Below, piece by piece: positions 40,277 to 51,001 of a stretch of DNA of 64,000 nt; within the stretch, counting starts at the first letter, position 1, and each line of letters starts with the position of its first letter. Under the pieces are notes generated by a model. That model did not search any database and had not been told where the DNA came from. It saw nothing but the letters and a program-made list of their open reading frames with translations. The position numbers and the translations under genes were made by a program. Source of the stretch: Phycisphaerae bacterium (GTDB lineage Bacteria > Planctomycetota > Phycisphaerae > UBA1845 > Fen-1342); the NCBI GenBank assembly GCA_963675745.2, contig CAXXWX010000026.1:256001-320000 (forward strand). Direction: 5' to 3'.

Positions 40277-41188
40277 CTATCGGGGCTCGACTCCGACGGC
40301 GGCCGATTGCAACAGCGGTTCCACTGTCCGCCAGACAGCACGGACGTCTGACGCCGCGCCGTTGGACGCAAATTCCACGAGCGATAGCTGAGCGAACTGG
40401 GCCTGGGTGACAGCTTGATCGTAGCGCACGCGGCCCGCTATCGCGATTCCGCGGTCCTGAGCGAAAGCCTCAATCTTCCGGGTCATATCGGCGTTCAGAT
40501 CCCACTTGTTCGTGCAGATGGCGGTTGGCACGCGGAAGTGGGCGGTGACCTGGGTGACACGTTCCAGATCGTGCAACCCGCTGATCGTCGGCTCCGAGAC
40601 CACGAGCGCCAAATCGACACCGGTGATCGAAGCAATGACCGGGCAACCCAGGCCCGGCGAGCCGTCGATCAGAACGAGATTCTTGCCATCTGCCTTGGCC
40701 ACGGCGCGGGCGTTGTCGCGCACCAGACTCACCAGCTTACCGCTGTTCTCGGCCGCGGGCTTCAGGCTGGCGTGGACCATCGGCCCCAGACGCGTTTTTG
40801 AGACAAACCACTCGCCGCACTCGCGCTCTTCAAAGTCAATCGCGAACTGCGGGCAGTATCGCACACAAGCGCCGCAACCTTCGCAGGCCGCCGGGTCAAT
40901 CGCGTACGTCACCAACCCACCCGGCGGCTCCGAGCGCCGGATTGCGTCGAAGCGGCAAAGCCCCGCACACACGCCGCACGCGTTGCAGTCCTCAGCCCGG
41001 ATGCGCGCCTCATGACCGCTACAGAACGTCTCGTGACGTTCGATCTGCGGGCTAAGCACGAGGTGCAGATCGGCGGCGTCGACATCGCAGTCGGCCACGA
41101 CAACGCTGTCGGCGAGAGCCGCAAATGCGGCAGCCACACTGGTCTTGCCCGTGCCGCCCTTACCGCTGATGATGACCAGCTCTTTCAT
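40277..41188 (-). CDS. MinD-superfamily P-loop ATPase with inserted 2x[4Fe-4S] ferredoxin (COG1149)
   Basis: SGKGGTGKT, DCDVDAADL, two CxxCxxCxxxC motifs, ENSGKLV and DGSPG.GCPV. Confidence 0.93.
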   Translation of the reverse strand: MKELVIISGKGGTGKTSVAAAFAALADSVVVADCDVDAADLHLVLSPQIERHETFCSGHEARIRAEDCNACGVCAGLCRFDAIRRSEPPGGLVTYAIDPAACEGCGACVRYCPQFAIDFEERECGEWFVSKTRLGPMVHASLKPAAENSGKLVSLVRDNARAVAKADGKNLVLIDGSPGLGCPVIASITGVDLALVVSEPTISGLHDLERVTQVTAHFRVPTAICTNKWDLNADMTRKIEAFAQDRGIAIAGRVRYDQAVTQAQFAQLSLVEFASNGAASDVRAVWRTVEPLLQSAAVGVEPR

Positions 41189-41226
41189 ACTGCTCCCACT
41201 TGCTCGGCGCAAACACGGCGCTGTTG

Positions 41227-42177
41227 CTAGACGGTACAATCCACATGCTGATAGTAAGCCCGCTCACCGTGCCGCCGCGCGATGATCGTTCCGGCGCGCA
41301 GCAGCTTCTCAACGTGCTTCGCGGCCTCCAATCGGTGAACACCCAGACCGGCCGCCAGGTCTTCGAGCGTGCACGGTCGGCGTCGCAACAGCGCGACAAT
41401 CTCGCTGGGCCCCGGGGCGCCACCCTTCTGTAACTCCCCTGGCGGGCGGCGCGCAATCACTTCGGCCCCGCCGCCCAGAACCTGTGCGGCTCGCGCGAGT
41501 TCGTCGGCCGATGCCGGCTGAACGCCCGGCTCGCTGGGCGGACGCGTAGCACTATTCAACTGGACTCGGTCGGGTGCAATGCGCCGCACAAGCTCTCTGA
41601 TCGTCGCGGTCTGATCATCGGTCGCGGTCAGCCCGCCAAGCAGAAGAACCTCGAGCCAGAGCTGGCCCGCAAAACGCCGACGAAAACTGACAAAGCCGTC
41701 AGCAACCTGCTCGAATCGAAGTTGCGGATGCGGCCGATTCACGCGCTGGAACATTTCGTCGTCGCCCGCGTCAATCGACGGCATGACCAGGTCGGCTTCC
41801 AGCAGATCAGCCTGCACATCCTCACGCCACAGCAACGAACCGTTCGTCAGCACCGCCACAGGACGATCGGTCAAAAGCCTGATTCTCCGAATCAAGACCC
41901 CCAACCCCGCATGCAGCGTGGGCTCTCCTGAGCCGGAGAGCGTGATGTAGTCCGGCGCGGGCCGCGTCGCGAGCTTGTCTTCGAGTTCCCGTAGCACGTC
42001 GGCCGGCGGCGCGTATGGACCGCGGTCAAGTGTCAGGTTGGTCGTCCGCCCCAACTGGCAGTAGATGCAATCGTACGTACACGTCTTGTGCGGAACGAGA
42101 TCGACACCCAGCGATCGCCCCAATCGCCGCGATGGCACGGGACCAAAGACGTAGCGGGCTGTGTCGGTCGCGCGCAA
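41227..42177 (-). CDS. Radical SAM protein (COG0731-like)
   Basis: FGPVPSRRLGRSLG, CTYDCIYC, SGSGEPTL and LTNG. Start TTG 42177 or GTG 42204. Confidence 0.92.
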   Translation of the reverse strand: MRATDTARYVFGPVPSRRLGRSLGVDLVPHKTCTYDCIYCQLGRTTNLTLDRGPYAPPADVLRELEDKLATRPAPDYITLSGSGEPTLHAGLGVLIRRIRLLTDRPVAVLTNGSLLWREDVQADLLEADLVMPSIDAGDDEMFQRVNRPHPQLRFEQVADGFVSFRRRFAGQLWLEVLLLGGLTATDDQTATIRELVRRIAPDRVQLNSATRPPSEPGVQPASADELARAAQVLGGGAEVIARRPPGELQKGGAPGPSEIVALLRRRPCTLEDLAAGLGVHRLEAAKHVEKLLRAGTIIARRHGERAYYQHVDCTV

Positions 42178-42178
42178 T

Positions 42179-42430
42179 CTACTCTCCGCAGGGGGGGCTG
42201 TCACACCGCCCCTCACGCCCGCAACAAGTCTGCGACCGGCCACAATACGGGGTGGCCCCGGAGGATGTCTTCCCGCGCGATCCATGCATGAGCACCGCGG
42301 CGCCGGCCCCAATCAGCCGGTGTGCCGGTTGGCCGCAGGCTGGACAGGGCTGCTCGGCATCAGCAGACATCGGCAAGAACAACTCGAAACGCTCTCCGCA
42401 CTCAGCGCATTCAAACTCATAGGTCGGCAT
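42179..42430 (-). CDS. FmdB-family zinc-ribbon protein with Cys-rich tail
   Basis: MPTYEFECAECG..FE, CPACG; tail CGRSQTCCG...CDSPPC. Confidence 0.9.
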   Translation of the reverse strand: MPTYEFECAECGERFELFLPMSADAEQPCPACGQPAHRLIGAGAAVLMHGSRGKTSSGATPYCGRSQTCCGREGRCDSPPCGE

Positions 42431-43301
42431 GATCTGATTCTCCCGTCGCGACCCGCTCCGCAACCTGTTCGTCAAGCCACTGCCACAGGCTGAGCAGTGC
42501 GGCGCGTGTTTCCGGCGCCGCGCTTACCATCAGTTCACCGCGCGAATATGCCTCGGCTATCCGACGATCGTCGAGGATGGTCTGCAACACCGGAATCGCC
42601 TCTTCGGCGCAATACCGCTCGACGCGATCATCGCCGACGTCGGCGCGGTTGACGACGACGGCGAACGGCAACTCGAGTTGCCGCATCGCTGCCACGGCCA
42701 GCTTCAGATCGTGCAGGCTGAACGGTGTGGGTTCGGTCACCAGGATGACGAAGTCGCAGTCGCGCACCGCCGCTACCACCGGGCAGGCGGTTCCCGGCGG
42801 CGCGTCGATGATCTGCCAATCCACATCTGTGACGGCCGCGCGTACGGCGCGAATCACCGGCGGGCTTTTGGCCTCGCCGATGTTCAGCCGCCCATGATAG
42901 AACTGGAGCCGCCCGGCCGATCCGACCTCAACCGTCCCAACCTCGCGCGGCCGCTCGATGATCGCGTTTCGCGGACAGGCCATGGCGCATGCGCCACAGC
43001 CGTGGCACAGTTCTGGGAAAATGAGCGGCTTCTGTCCAAGCCAGACCAGCGCGCTAAACATGCAGATCGCCCCGCACTCTCCGCACTGGTCACAGGCCTC
43101 CGCGAGCACCTGCGGGATCAACAGATGCACCGGCGTTTTCTCGCGGATCGTCGGACGAAGAAAGAGATGCCCGTTAGGCTCCTCAACGTCGCAGTCGACG
43201 TACGCGACCCGCCGCCCCGCCTCGGCCCCAACCACGGCCAGGTTGGTGGCGAGTGTGGTCTTGCCGGTGCCCCCTTTACCGCTCGCGATGGCCACCTTCA
43301 T
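42417..43301 (-). CDS. Second COG1149 Fe-S P-loop ATPase
   Basis: MKVAIASGKGGTGKTT, DCDVEEPN.HLFL, two ferredoxin motifs, DAPPGT.CP and VTEPTPF. Confidence 0.93.
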   Translation of the reverse strand: MKVAIASGKGGTGKTTLATNLAVVGAEAGRRVAYVDCDVEEPNGHLFLRPTIREKTPVHLLIPQVLAEACDQCGECGAICMFSALVWLGQKPLIFPELCHGCGACAMACPRNAIIERPREVGTVEVGSAGRLQFYHGRLNIGEAKSPPVIRAVRAAVTDVDWQIIDAPPGTACPVVAAVRDCDFVILVTEPTPFSLHDLKLAVAAMRQLELPFAVVVNRADVGDDRVERYCAEEAIPVLQTILDDRRIAEAYSRGELMVSAAPETRAALLSLWQWLDEQVAERVATGESDHADL

Positions 43302-43303
43302 AT

Positions 43304-43573
43304 TCACGATCCTTCCGCCGGCGACCGACGCTTCAGACGACGCGCAAGCCACCTCGGCACAAACGTCAGGGCCGCCATCAGCGCTCCGAGCGCCCCCGCG
43401 CCGAACAGCCCGCCGCCACAACCCGATTGTCCGCAAAAGGGACAAACCGACAGCGGCCCGAGCAACACGGAGAAGCTCGCCCACCACTTGATGAAGCGCA
43501 CTATCGGCGTCCGCCAAAACGACCGCCGTGCTGTGCGGTCACTGTGGTCGTCTGGGCACTGCGAGCATGTCAT
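43304..43573 (-). CDS. Small membrane protein with CPFCxxxGC motif
   Basis: 89 aa filling the operon gap exactly; two hydrophobic segments flank CPFCGQSGC. Confidence 0.6.
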   Translation of the reverse strand: MTCSQCPDDHSDRTARRSFWRTPIVRFIKWWASFSVLLGPLSVCPFCGQSGCGGGLFGAGALGALMAALTFVPRWLARRLKRRSPAEGS

Positions 43574-43586
43574 GAACCGCGCCGCA

Positions 43587-44102
43587 TCATCGGCCACCAC
43601 ACCCGCCGCCTCCTCCGCGCCCGCGGCGCATCCCGCCGCCCCCGCCACGTCTACCACGGCCCATGCCACCCCCGCCGCCACGCCCACTTCCGGCGGGCGG
43701 CGGTGTCGGCGGTGCTGCCGCGGCAGCGTCTGTCCCCGGGCCCATACCGTGGTGTCCCGCAACGTTCGGCGATTCGGAAACCTGCATCTGGCCCGCGGCG
43801 AATTGCTCGACCATCTCACGGGCCGTTCCCGAACACCCCGCCACAACACCAATCCCAGCCTCCGTCAACGTCTGGTGCGCGTTCGGCCCGCAGTTGCCGG
43901 TCAGCACGTACTTCACACCATGCTCGGCCAGCAGCCGCGCCGACTGAATACCCGCTCCCTGGCCCAGCGCCTGGTTCGAGTTGTCGATCGCCTCAAAGCT
44001 GAGATCATCCGTCTCGGCAATCAGAAAGAACGGACATCGGCCGAAGCGCGAATCCATTTCGGAGTCGAGCGTCGGCCCGGCAGTGGTGACTGCGATTCTC
44101 AT
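43587..44102 (-). CDS. NifB/NifX-family protein (Orange-protein-like) with Gly/Arg-rich tail
   Basis: MRIAV, D.RFGRCPFF, GAGIQSA, TGNCGPNA, PNV.GH.G; GGAG RBS. Confidence 0.92.
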   Translation of the reverse strand: MRIAVTTAGPTLDSEMDSRFGRCPFFLIAETDDLSFEAIDNSNQALGQGAGIQSARLLAEHGVKYVLTGNCGPNAHQTLTEAGIGVVAGCSGTAREMVEQFAAGQMQVSESPNVAGHHGMGPGTDAAAAAPPTPPPAGSGRGGGGGMGRGRRGGGGGMRRGRGGGGGCGGR

Positions 44103-44171
44103 GCGTCTCCTCGTTTTCCTGTGTCGCGCGGCAAGTGTCGTTGCGCGCGCCGCCACTTCATGCGCGCTACA

Positions 44172-44552
44172 CTACACGCCCGATTTCTCCGCATCCGGAA
44201 TGTTGAGCTCCTCGATTCTCTTGCGCAGTTGCTCGGCACGCTGTTCAAGCCCGCGCAGGTCGGCCTGTAGCAAGCCGAGCTCCTGTTCGCGCGTGAGCGG
44301 GGGCGTTTCAGCAATCGCGGGATAGGACAACGGTGCGCGCCAGCCGCGGCCAACTCCGCCGCGCTGCCAGCCGGTGAGGCCCGTCGCGTAATATGTACGC
44401 CGCCAACCGTGACGGCCGCCGCGGCCACGTCCCATCCCCATACCAGGGATCGGATTCGCGTAGCCGGGCATGTCATAGCCGGCGCAGTAGCCGCCCGCGC
44501 GGCCTGTTCGTGGACCTTGTCCAAGCGGGCCCGTGTGATCACCACCAGGCAT
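44172..44552 (-). CDS. DUF5320-family protein
   Basis: MPGGDHTGP.GQGP.TGR..GYCAG, Gly/Arg-rich middle and C-terminal coiled coil. Confidence 0.9.
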   Translation of the reverse strand: MPGGDHTGPLGQGPRTGRAGGYCAGYDMPGYANPIPGMGMGRGRGGRHGWRRTYYATGLTGWQRGGVGRGWRAPLSYPAIAETPPLTREQELGLLQADLRGLEQRAEQLRKRIEELNIPDAEKSGV

Positions 44553-44624
44553 ATCAGTACTCCTTGTTCAACGTCGTCGTGGCTCGATATCTGTGGTCAT
44601 GCGTCCGGTGCGGCGCTCTGTCGT

Positions 44625-45032
44625 TCATGTTGTATGCGCATCAATATCATGCTGACTCTGCCCACGGTCACACGTACGTCGCTGTTGTCGGCGCCGGCGG
44701 CAACATCCCGGCATGAGGTAGGCCGTCCCTTTGAGTCGACCCGCAAGAAACGCCCCGAGCACTTCGTCCGTCGGGCCACATACTCTTGGGATCAGCCGGA
44801 CCCCCGCATTCACGAGCGCGATTTCAAGCGGACGCGACACGGCCCCGCAGATCAGCACCTGCACCCCAGACTCGCGCACGGCGGCGACGCGCGCGGAGCA
44901 CGTAGCCCCCGCCAGCACTGCCTCATGCCGGGACAACTCGCGCGCGCCTTCAACGTCCACCACCAGCAGACGCCGCGCAACATCCAGCACAGGCGAAACA
45001 CGCTCCTGATGGGCAGCGAGACCAACTCTCAT
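44625..45032 (-). CDS. NifB/NifX-family protein
   Basis: RVSPVLD.A, LICGAVS and G..DEVL.AF..G.L....MPGC. Confidence 0.88.
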   Translation of the reverse strand: MRVGLAAHQERVSPVLDVARRLLVVDVEGARELSRHEAVLAGATCSARVAAVRESGVQVLICGAVSRPLEIALVNAGVRLIPRVCGPTDEVLGAFLAGRLKGTAYLMPGCCRRRRQQRRTCDRGQSQHDIDAHTT

Positions 45033-45044
45033 GGACTGCTGGGC

Positions 45045-45060
45045 TGCAAGTGGCGGGCCA
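45045..45060 (-). promoter_or_regulatory. sigma54 -24/-12 promoter of the orp-like operon
   Basis: Minus strand TGGCCCGCCACTTGCA (GG-N10-GC, TTGCA), immediately upstream of the first operon gene and next to a sigma54 activator gene. Confidence 0.8.
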
Positions 45061-45100
45061 ATAGCGATCGAATCTGCACTGAGGAGCGCAAGTCTTTACG

Positions 45101-45113
45101 TATCAAAGTATTA
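45101..45113 (+). promoter_or_regulatory. IHF binding site
   Basis: TATCAAAGTATTA is an exact WATCAANNNNTTR match, between the promoter and the UAS. Confidence 0.7.
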
Positions 45114-45147
45114 CGCGCGGCCCCCTGAGCATGCCGAGCACGCCAAT

Positions 45148-45196
45148 GCGTGCATTGTGCAATGCCGCCACATCCGCGACGTTGCATTTTGCACGC
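45148..45196. promoter_or_regulatory. Candidate upstream activator sequences (two TGCA-N3/4-TGCA sites in inverted arrangement)
   Basis: GCGTGCATTGTGCAAT and GTTGCATTTTGCACGC, 90-140 bp upstream of the -24 box. Confidence 0.55.
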
Positions 45197-45299
45197 TCAT
45201 GTGCGGCGTATGATGGAGCGACATGAGGGAACACGAAACTGATCCGATCCCGGTGGATGGCGGTGGCCACATCGGGTGCGGTTGAGCAATGCACCGCGC

Positions 45300-46661
<1,362 letters not shown>

Positions 46662-46898
46662 TCTCTGTCCTGAAGCAGGCATTTGGCGGCACACGGACGG
46701 AGTGGCCGACCGCCCGGTGTGTGCGCCGTATCCTCAGAGAAGCTGGTGCGGCGCGCCGCACCCTGCCTGGTCTTGCGCTGAGATTCTACGAGAACGCGAG
46801 GGCGTGGGCGAATTGCGGCGTGCCTGGGAGGCCGCCGAATATCGGGCCAACCAGCCGGTCACCGCGGCACGTGGCTCGCTCAGCCGTCAGTGTGATGG

Positions 46899-47558
46899 TC
46901 ACCGGCTCGTATTATAGACCACGGTCCAGCTCTTCTCATCGGGACGCGCGACGTACTGGACGTCTTCGGCAATGCCCCGCAGAGCGCCCCTGAGTTCCGC
47001 TTCCGTCGGGAAGTTCTTGATGATGTCAACGGCCCGCCCGTCAGGCAGCGGCCGGCGTTCGAGCGTGTTGCCGTCGGAATCCTGACTTCTGATATGGCCC
47101 GCATAGGGCAACTGGTCGACAAACATGACAACCGCCCCCGGCACGAGCCTGCTGTGCAAGGCGGTAAGAAAGGTGGACACGTGATCTTTGGGCATGTGCG
47201 ACCACCACCAGACCCCGAGCGCCGCCGTAAAGCCCGTAGCGACACCTTCGAGCGTGTACGCGTCGGCGGTTTGAAATCTGATGTTGGGCAGACGCCGGCA
47301 TCTGCCTTGTGCTATCGACAGCAGTGATCCGTTGATGTCGACGCCGGTGACCGCGCGGGCCGTTTCGCCAACGACCTCAGTCCAGTACCCCGTGCCGCAG
47401 GCCACCTCCAGCACATCCCGTCCCGCAAACAGCTTGCGGTACCTGGCCTTGATGGGTTCACGAAGCTGCTCGGCAACCGGGTCCGTGTACCCCGCGGTCT
47501 CGTCGTAGACCGGGGCCCGGTCGGCGTAATACCGCGCTACTTCGTCCACGTGCGACAT
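46899..47558 (-). CDS. Class I SAM-dependent methyltransferase
   Basis: YY..RA..YD, VLEVACGTGYWT and W.SH.P. Confidence 0.9.
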   Translation of the reverse strand: MSHVDEVARYYADRAPVYDETAGYTDPVAEQLREPIKARYRKLFAGRDVLEVACGTGYWTEVVGETARAVTGVDINGSLLSIAQGRCRRLPNIRFQTADAYTLEGVATGFTAALGVWWWSHMPKDHVSTFLTALHSRLVPGAVVMFVDQLPYAGHIRSQDSDGNTLERRPLPDGRAVDIIKNFPTEAELRGALRGIAEDVQYVARPDEKSWTVVYNTSR

Positions 47559-47630
47559 CCGCGCCTCACCAATGGCCCTCGCCGCGTCCCGTGACCGCCA
47601 CTTTAGAAGACCGGTGCGGCGGGCCACATC

Positions 47631-49481
47631 CTACTTTGTCAACCGGGTAAGCTGCTCCAGGCTCAGCTCCATCACGGCGACGGCGTGCTTCAGGCCGTAG
47701 CTTTCGAGCACTTCCGGGTGCACCTCGCCCATCAGGCCGATTTGCCGGCCGGCCTTGTCAAGCAACGCCGCGCAGCGACCGGGTATGAAGCCGTTGTGTT
47801 CGAGCGGTCGCACATCGCAAGCCGTGTGCAGCTCGTGAATGAACGCATCGGCCACCGCGCGGATATCCGCATAACCAACGTGTGTGCCGATCAGGGCGAC
47901 GGCGGCAAACCGCTCCTCGCGCGCCCCGGTCTCGACAGCGGCATCGACAAAACAGCAATCGCCGACCTCGAAGAGATGTTGCGGCAGGTCGTGCTGCTTA
48001 TTGATCGCGAAAGTCTCCAGCAAACCGGGCAGCAGGCTCACGCGACACATGGTCTGTTCGACGCTGATCGGGTTTTCAATAATCACCCTGTCCGGGTGTG
48101 GTTCGATGCGCCACTTCTCGAATGCCGCCGCTTCGCTGGTCAGGACGAGCGTCATGACCTGGTGAATGCCGAGGCCAATGAGTACCTGCCGGGCCGACGC
48201 GGCGCTCTCTTCGATCTCGCGCGCGGTGCCGACCGTGAATGTGCGCACGAGCTCGGGCGTGAGGTTGTCGTAGCCGTAGGCGATGGCAACGTCTTCGATA
48301 AGGTCCACGGGGTGCATGACATCGTTGCGGTATGACGGCACCTGCACGGTCAGCTCCGTCTCCGAGGCGTGTGCCACGCCGTGCCCCATGCGCTCCAGCA
48401 ACTCGCCCAGCCGCGCCGCGTCGAGCTCGACGCCGATCGTCTCGGCCGCATTGCCGACATTCAGCTTCATCTCGACCGGCGACAGGTTGGGCGTGACACA
48501 CGGCCCGTCGGGATACTCGATCGTCACCTGTTCGATCACGATCTCGGGCACCAGCTCTTTCATGCTCGTAACCAGCACATTCAAAGCGCGCTCGGCGGTA
48601 CGCCGCGACAAGCCGGTTACGTCACAGAAAAGCTGCCGGCTCTCCATCGTGACGCGCGTCGCTTCGCTGTTGATGATCGGCGGCATCGACAACACAGTGC
48701 CCTCGCTGTCGCGCAGCAGCGGATATGCCTTCAAGTGGTTGAGCAAATGAGCATACGCCTGGCCGGTCTTGTGCCTTTCGAGGATCTCACGCGGCGTCAG
48801 CGCGGAATCAGGATCATCCGGCGAGAACCCAAGCGGGACAAAGCGTAACGCATCGGGGCCGACTGCGTCGTAGTGAAACGCCGTCCCGCTGAGCTTGTCG
48901 AGATCATAAACGCCGATCGAGGCGAGCTTGCGATCGCGCCCCAGCGCCCAGTGCAGATCCTCCTGGAGGTTCATGAGGATCTTGATCAGATCGTGTGTCA
49001 GCTTCACGTTGCGCATCACGGCACACGCGATGTACGGGCGCCGGCTCGCATCATCAGACAGCTTCGGGTCGACCTTGACGCTGATGGTCGGAGGGGACAA
49101 GGCGTAGTCGCGCAGCCCCGGCTCAATCCCCAGATAGCCGCGGATCATGCGCCCCATGCCGCCGGGATCGAAAATGTCCGGCCGCACGGCGAGCATATCG
49201 AGACGCACGGCCCGGCTCGGCCCGAGACCGGTGAGCGCCTTTACGTTCTCGCGAAAATCGGTGCCGCACGAGCTGCACGTAAGCGGCGCGCCTTGGGCCT
49301 CGGTGCGGTCACACGCCTTGCCGCAGACTTTGCAGACATACTGCTCAGTCTCGGCGATCTCCTCGACCTCGCAGCCAAGCTTGATCAGCTTGTCGGGCAG
49401 ATCATTCTCAGCAAGCGGCCGCGCCACCCCGGCGTTAACCTGGGCCATCAACGTTTGAATCGGCATGTCGATTATCGGCAT
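47631..49481 (-). CDS. pheT: Phenylalanine--tRNA ligase beta subunit, archaeal/eukaryotic type, with Zn-ribbon-like insert
   Basis: RPD, QEDLH..GRDRK.ASIGVYD, LSMPPIINS, P.YR.D..H.VD..EDVAIAYGY and GEVHP; no OB-fold or FDX-ACB domain. Confidence 0.93.
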   Translation of the reverse strand: MPIIDMPIQTLMAQVNAGVARPLAENDLPDKLIKLGCEVEEIAETEQYVCKVCGKACDRTEAQGAPLTCSSCGTDFRENVKALTGLGPSRAVRLDMLAVRPDIFDPGGMGRMIRGYLGIEPGLRDYALSPPTISVKVDPKLSDDASRRPYIACAVMRNVKLTHDLIKILMNLQEDLHWALGRDRKLASIGVYDLDKLSGTAFHYDAVGPDALRFVPLGFSPDDPDSALTPREILERHKTGQAYAHLLNHLKAYPLLRDSEGTVLSMPPIINSEATRVTMESRQLFCDVTGLSRRTAERALNVLVTSMKELVPEIVIEQVTIEYPDGPCVTPNLSPVEMKLNVGNAAETIGVELDAARLGELLERMGHGVAHASETELTVQVPSYRNDVMHPVDLIEDVAIAYGYDNLTPELVRTFTVGTAREIEESAASARQVLIGLGIHQVMTLVLTSEAAAFEKWRIEPHPDRVIIENPISVEQTMCRVSLLPGLLETFAINKQHDLPQHLFEVGDCCFVDAAVETGAREERFAAVALIGTHVGYADIRAVADAFIHELHTACDVRPLEHNGFIPGRCAALLDKAGRQIGLMGEVHPEVLESYGLKHAVAVMELSLEQLTRLTK

Positions 49482-51001
49482 AGCGGCGTCTCCCGCAGCC
49501 ATGGCATGTGGGCGAAGAACAGGTCGTTCAGCGACTTCACGTCATAAAGCAGCATCGCCAGCCGGTCGAGGCCCAGGCCCCAGGCCAGCACGCGGTCGGT
49601 GACGCCCATCGGCAGCGTCACTTCCGGCCGGAAGATGCCCGAGCCGCCCATCTCGACCCACGAACCGCGGCTTTCCATGGACAGATGCACCTCGGCCGAC
49701 GGCTCGGTATAGGGGAAGAAGCTCGGCGTGACATGCACTTTGGAGAAACCCATCTTCTGGTAAAACGCCGACAGCGTACCGATCAGCGTCGCCAGGCTCG
49801 CATGCTTGTCCACGATGATGCCGTCCACCTGGTGGAAAACCGGCAGGTGCTTGTAGTCCACCGTTTCGCGGCGGAAAACCGGGCCGATGATGAAATACTT
49901 GCCGGGTTGGCCCTGCGTGTGCTTGGCCAGCGCGCGAATCGTGGCGGCCGTCGTGTGCGTACGCAGGACCGGCTTGTGGGCGCGCTCGTGATCCCAGCGA
50001 TACTGCCAGCCGGTCGAACCCGTGCCGCCGCCATCTTCATGCGTCGCCTTGACGCGCTCGACGAGTTCGTCGTCGGGCAGCCGGCAACGGTCGGGTTTGG
50101 CGACATAGAACGTGTCCTGCATGTCGCGGGCCGGGTGGTCCTGCGGTTGAAACAGCGCGTCAAAATCCCAGAAGCTCGACTCGACCCACGGGCTGACGAT
50201 CTCGGTGAAGCCCATCTCGAAGAAAACACGCCGCACCTGGTCCAGCGTGCGCTGAAATGGGTGCAGTTTGCCGGGATAGCGTTTCTTGGCGGCCAGCGTG
50301 ACATCGTATGGCCGCAGATCAACGTTGCGCCAGCCGCCGTCGGCCAGCAGCTCGGGGCTCAGGCGCGTAACCGACTCACGGCCTTCGGCGCCCGCGCTGA
50401 GCAGCTCGCGGCCGGCGTCCGTGATTGTGACAAAGCGGTTGGTCCGCTCCTTGATGACCAGAAAGCCCTTGCGCTTCGCCAGCAGCTTGATGGCGGCGGG
50501 CACATCTATGCCCTCCGCGGCCAGCTCATCCTGCCGGGCGACGCGTTCGCCGGCCAGCGCCCGGATCAGCGCCTCGTCGGGTTCGGTGCCGTCGAGCCCG
50601 GCCTTGCCGCCGTCGAGCAGAACCAGCGTGTCCTTGTCCTTCCTGGCCCAGCCGCGTTGGCCCAACCAGCGCAGCGACTGCCCCACGTCGCCGGCGGTCA
50701 GGTCACAATGGTTCGGAACATCCGTGACCTTGCAGGAGCCCCCCTGCTCGTCCAGCACGCCGAGCACCACGCGTTCCGGCAGCGGCTGGTCCACAAACGG
50801 CTGCGCCGCCGGCCCCAGACGCAGCTCGGCGAAGGCCTGCTCATCAACACTCACAAACGCCTGTTCCTGCAACATCGTGACGGCGGCGGCGACCTGCGCC
50901 TGATCGGTGGCCAGCCCCGCAGCCAGCGCGGGAATCAACACCGGCTCGGCGGCATCGTGAAGATGCGAGAGCACATCAAACTGTATCTGCGGCAACTGCA
51001 T
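49472..51001 (-). CDS. pheS: Phenylalanine--tRNA ligase alpha subunit, archaeal/eukaryotic type
   Basis: About 510 aa with long N-terminal extension; FWDFDALFQPQDHPARDMQDTFY, LRTHTT, FRRE.VD.KH, FPYTEPS and AWGLG..R. Confidence 0.95.
   Translation of the reverse strand: MQLPQIQFDVLSHLHDAAEPVLIPALAAGLATDQAQVAAAVTMLQEQAFVSVDEQAFAELRLGPAAQPFVDQPLPERVVLGVLDEQGGSCKVTDVPNHCDLTAGDVGQSLRWLGQRGWARKDKDTLVLLDGGKAGLDGTEPDEALIRALAGERVARQDELAAEGIDVPAAIKLLAKRKGFLVIKERTNRFVTITDAGRELLSAGAEGRESVTRLSPELLADGGWRNVDLRPYDVTLAAKKRYPGKLHPFQRTLDQVRRVFFEMGFTEIVSPWVESSFWDFDALFQPQDHPARDMQDTFYVAKPDRCRLPDDELVERVKATHEDGGGTGSTGWQYRWDHERAHKPVLRTHTTAATIRALAKHTQGQPGKYFIIGPVFRRETVDYKHLPVFHQVDGIIVDKHASLATLIGTLSAFYQKMGFSKVHVTPSFFPYTEPSAEVHLSMESRGSWVEMGGSGIFRPEVTLPMGVTDRVLAWGLGLDRLAMLLYDVKSLNDLFFAHMPWLRETPLCR

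Noticed and set aside
42678..44270. 530-aa plus-strand ORF
   Set aside because: Antisense to several well-supported operon genes.
39758..45032. Nitrogen fixation cluster
   Set aside because: NifB/NifX-family domains only; no nifHDK/nifEN, and the ATPases are COG1149 rather than NifH.
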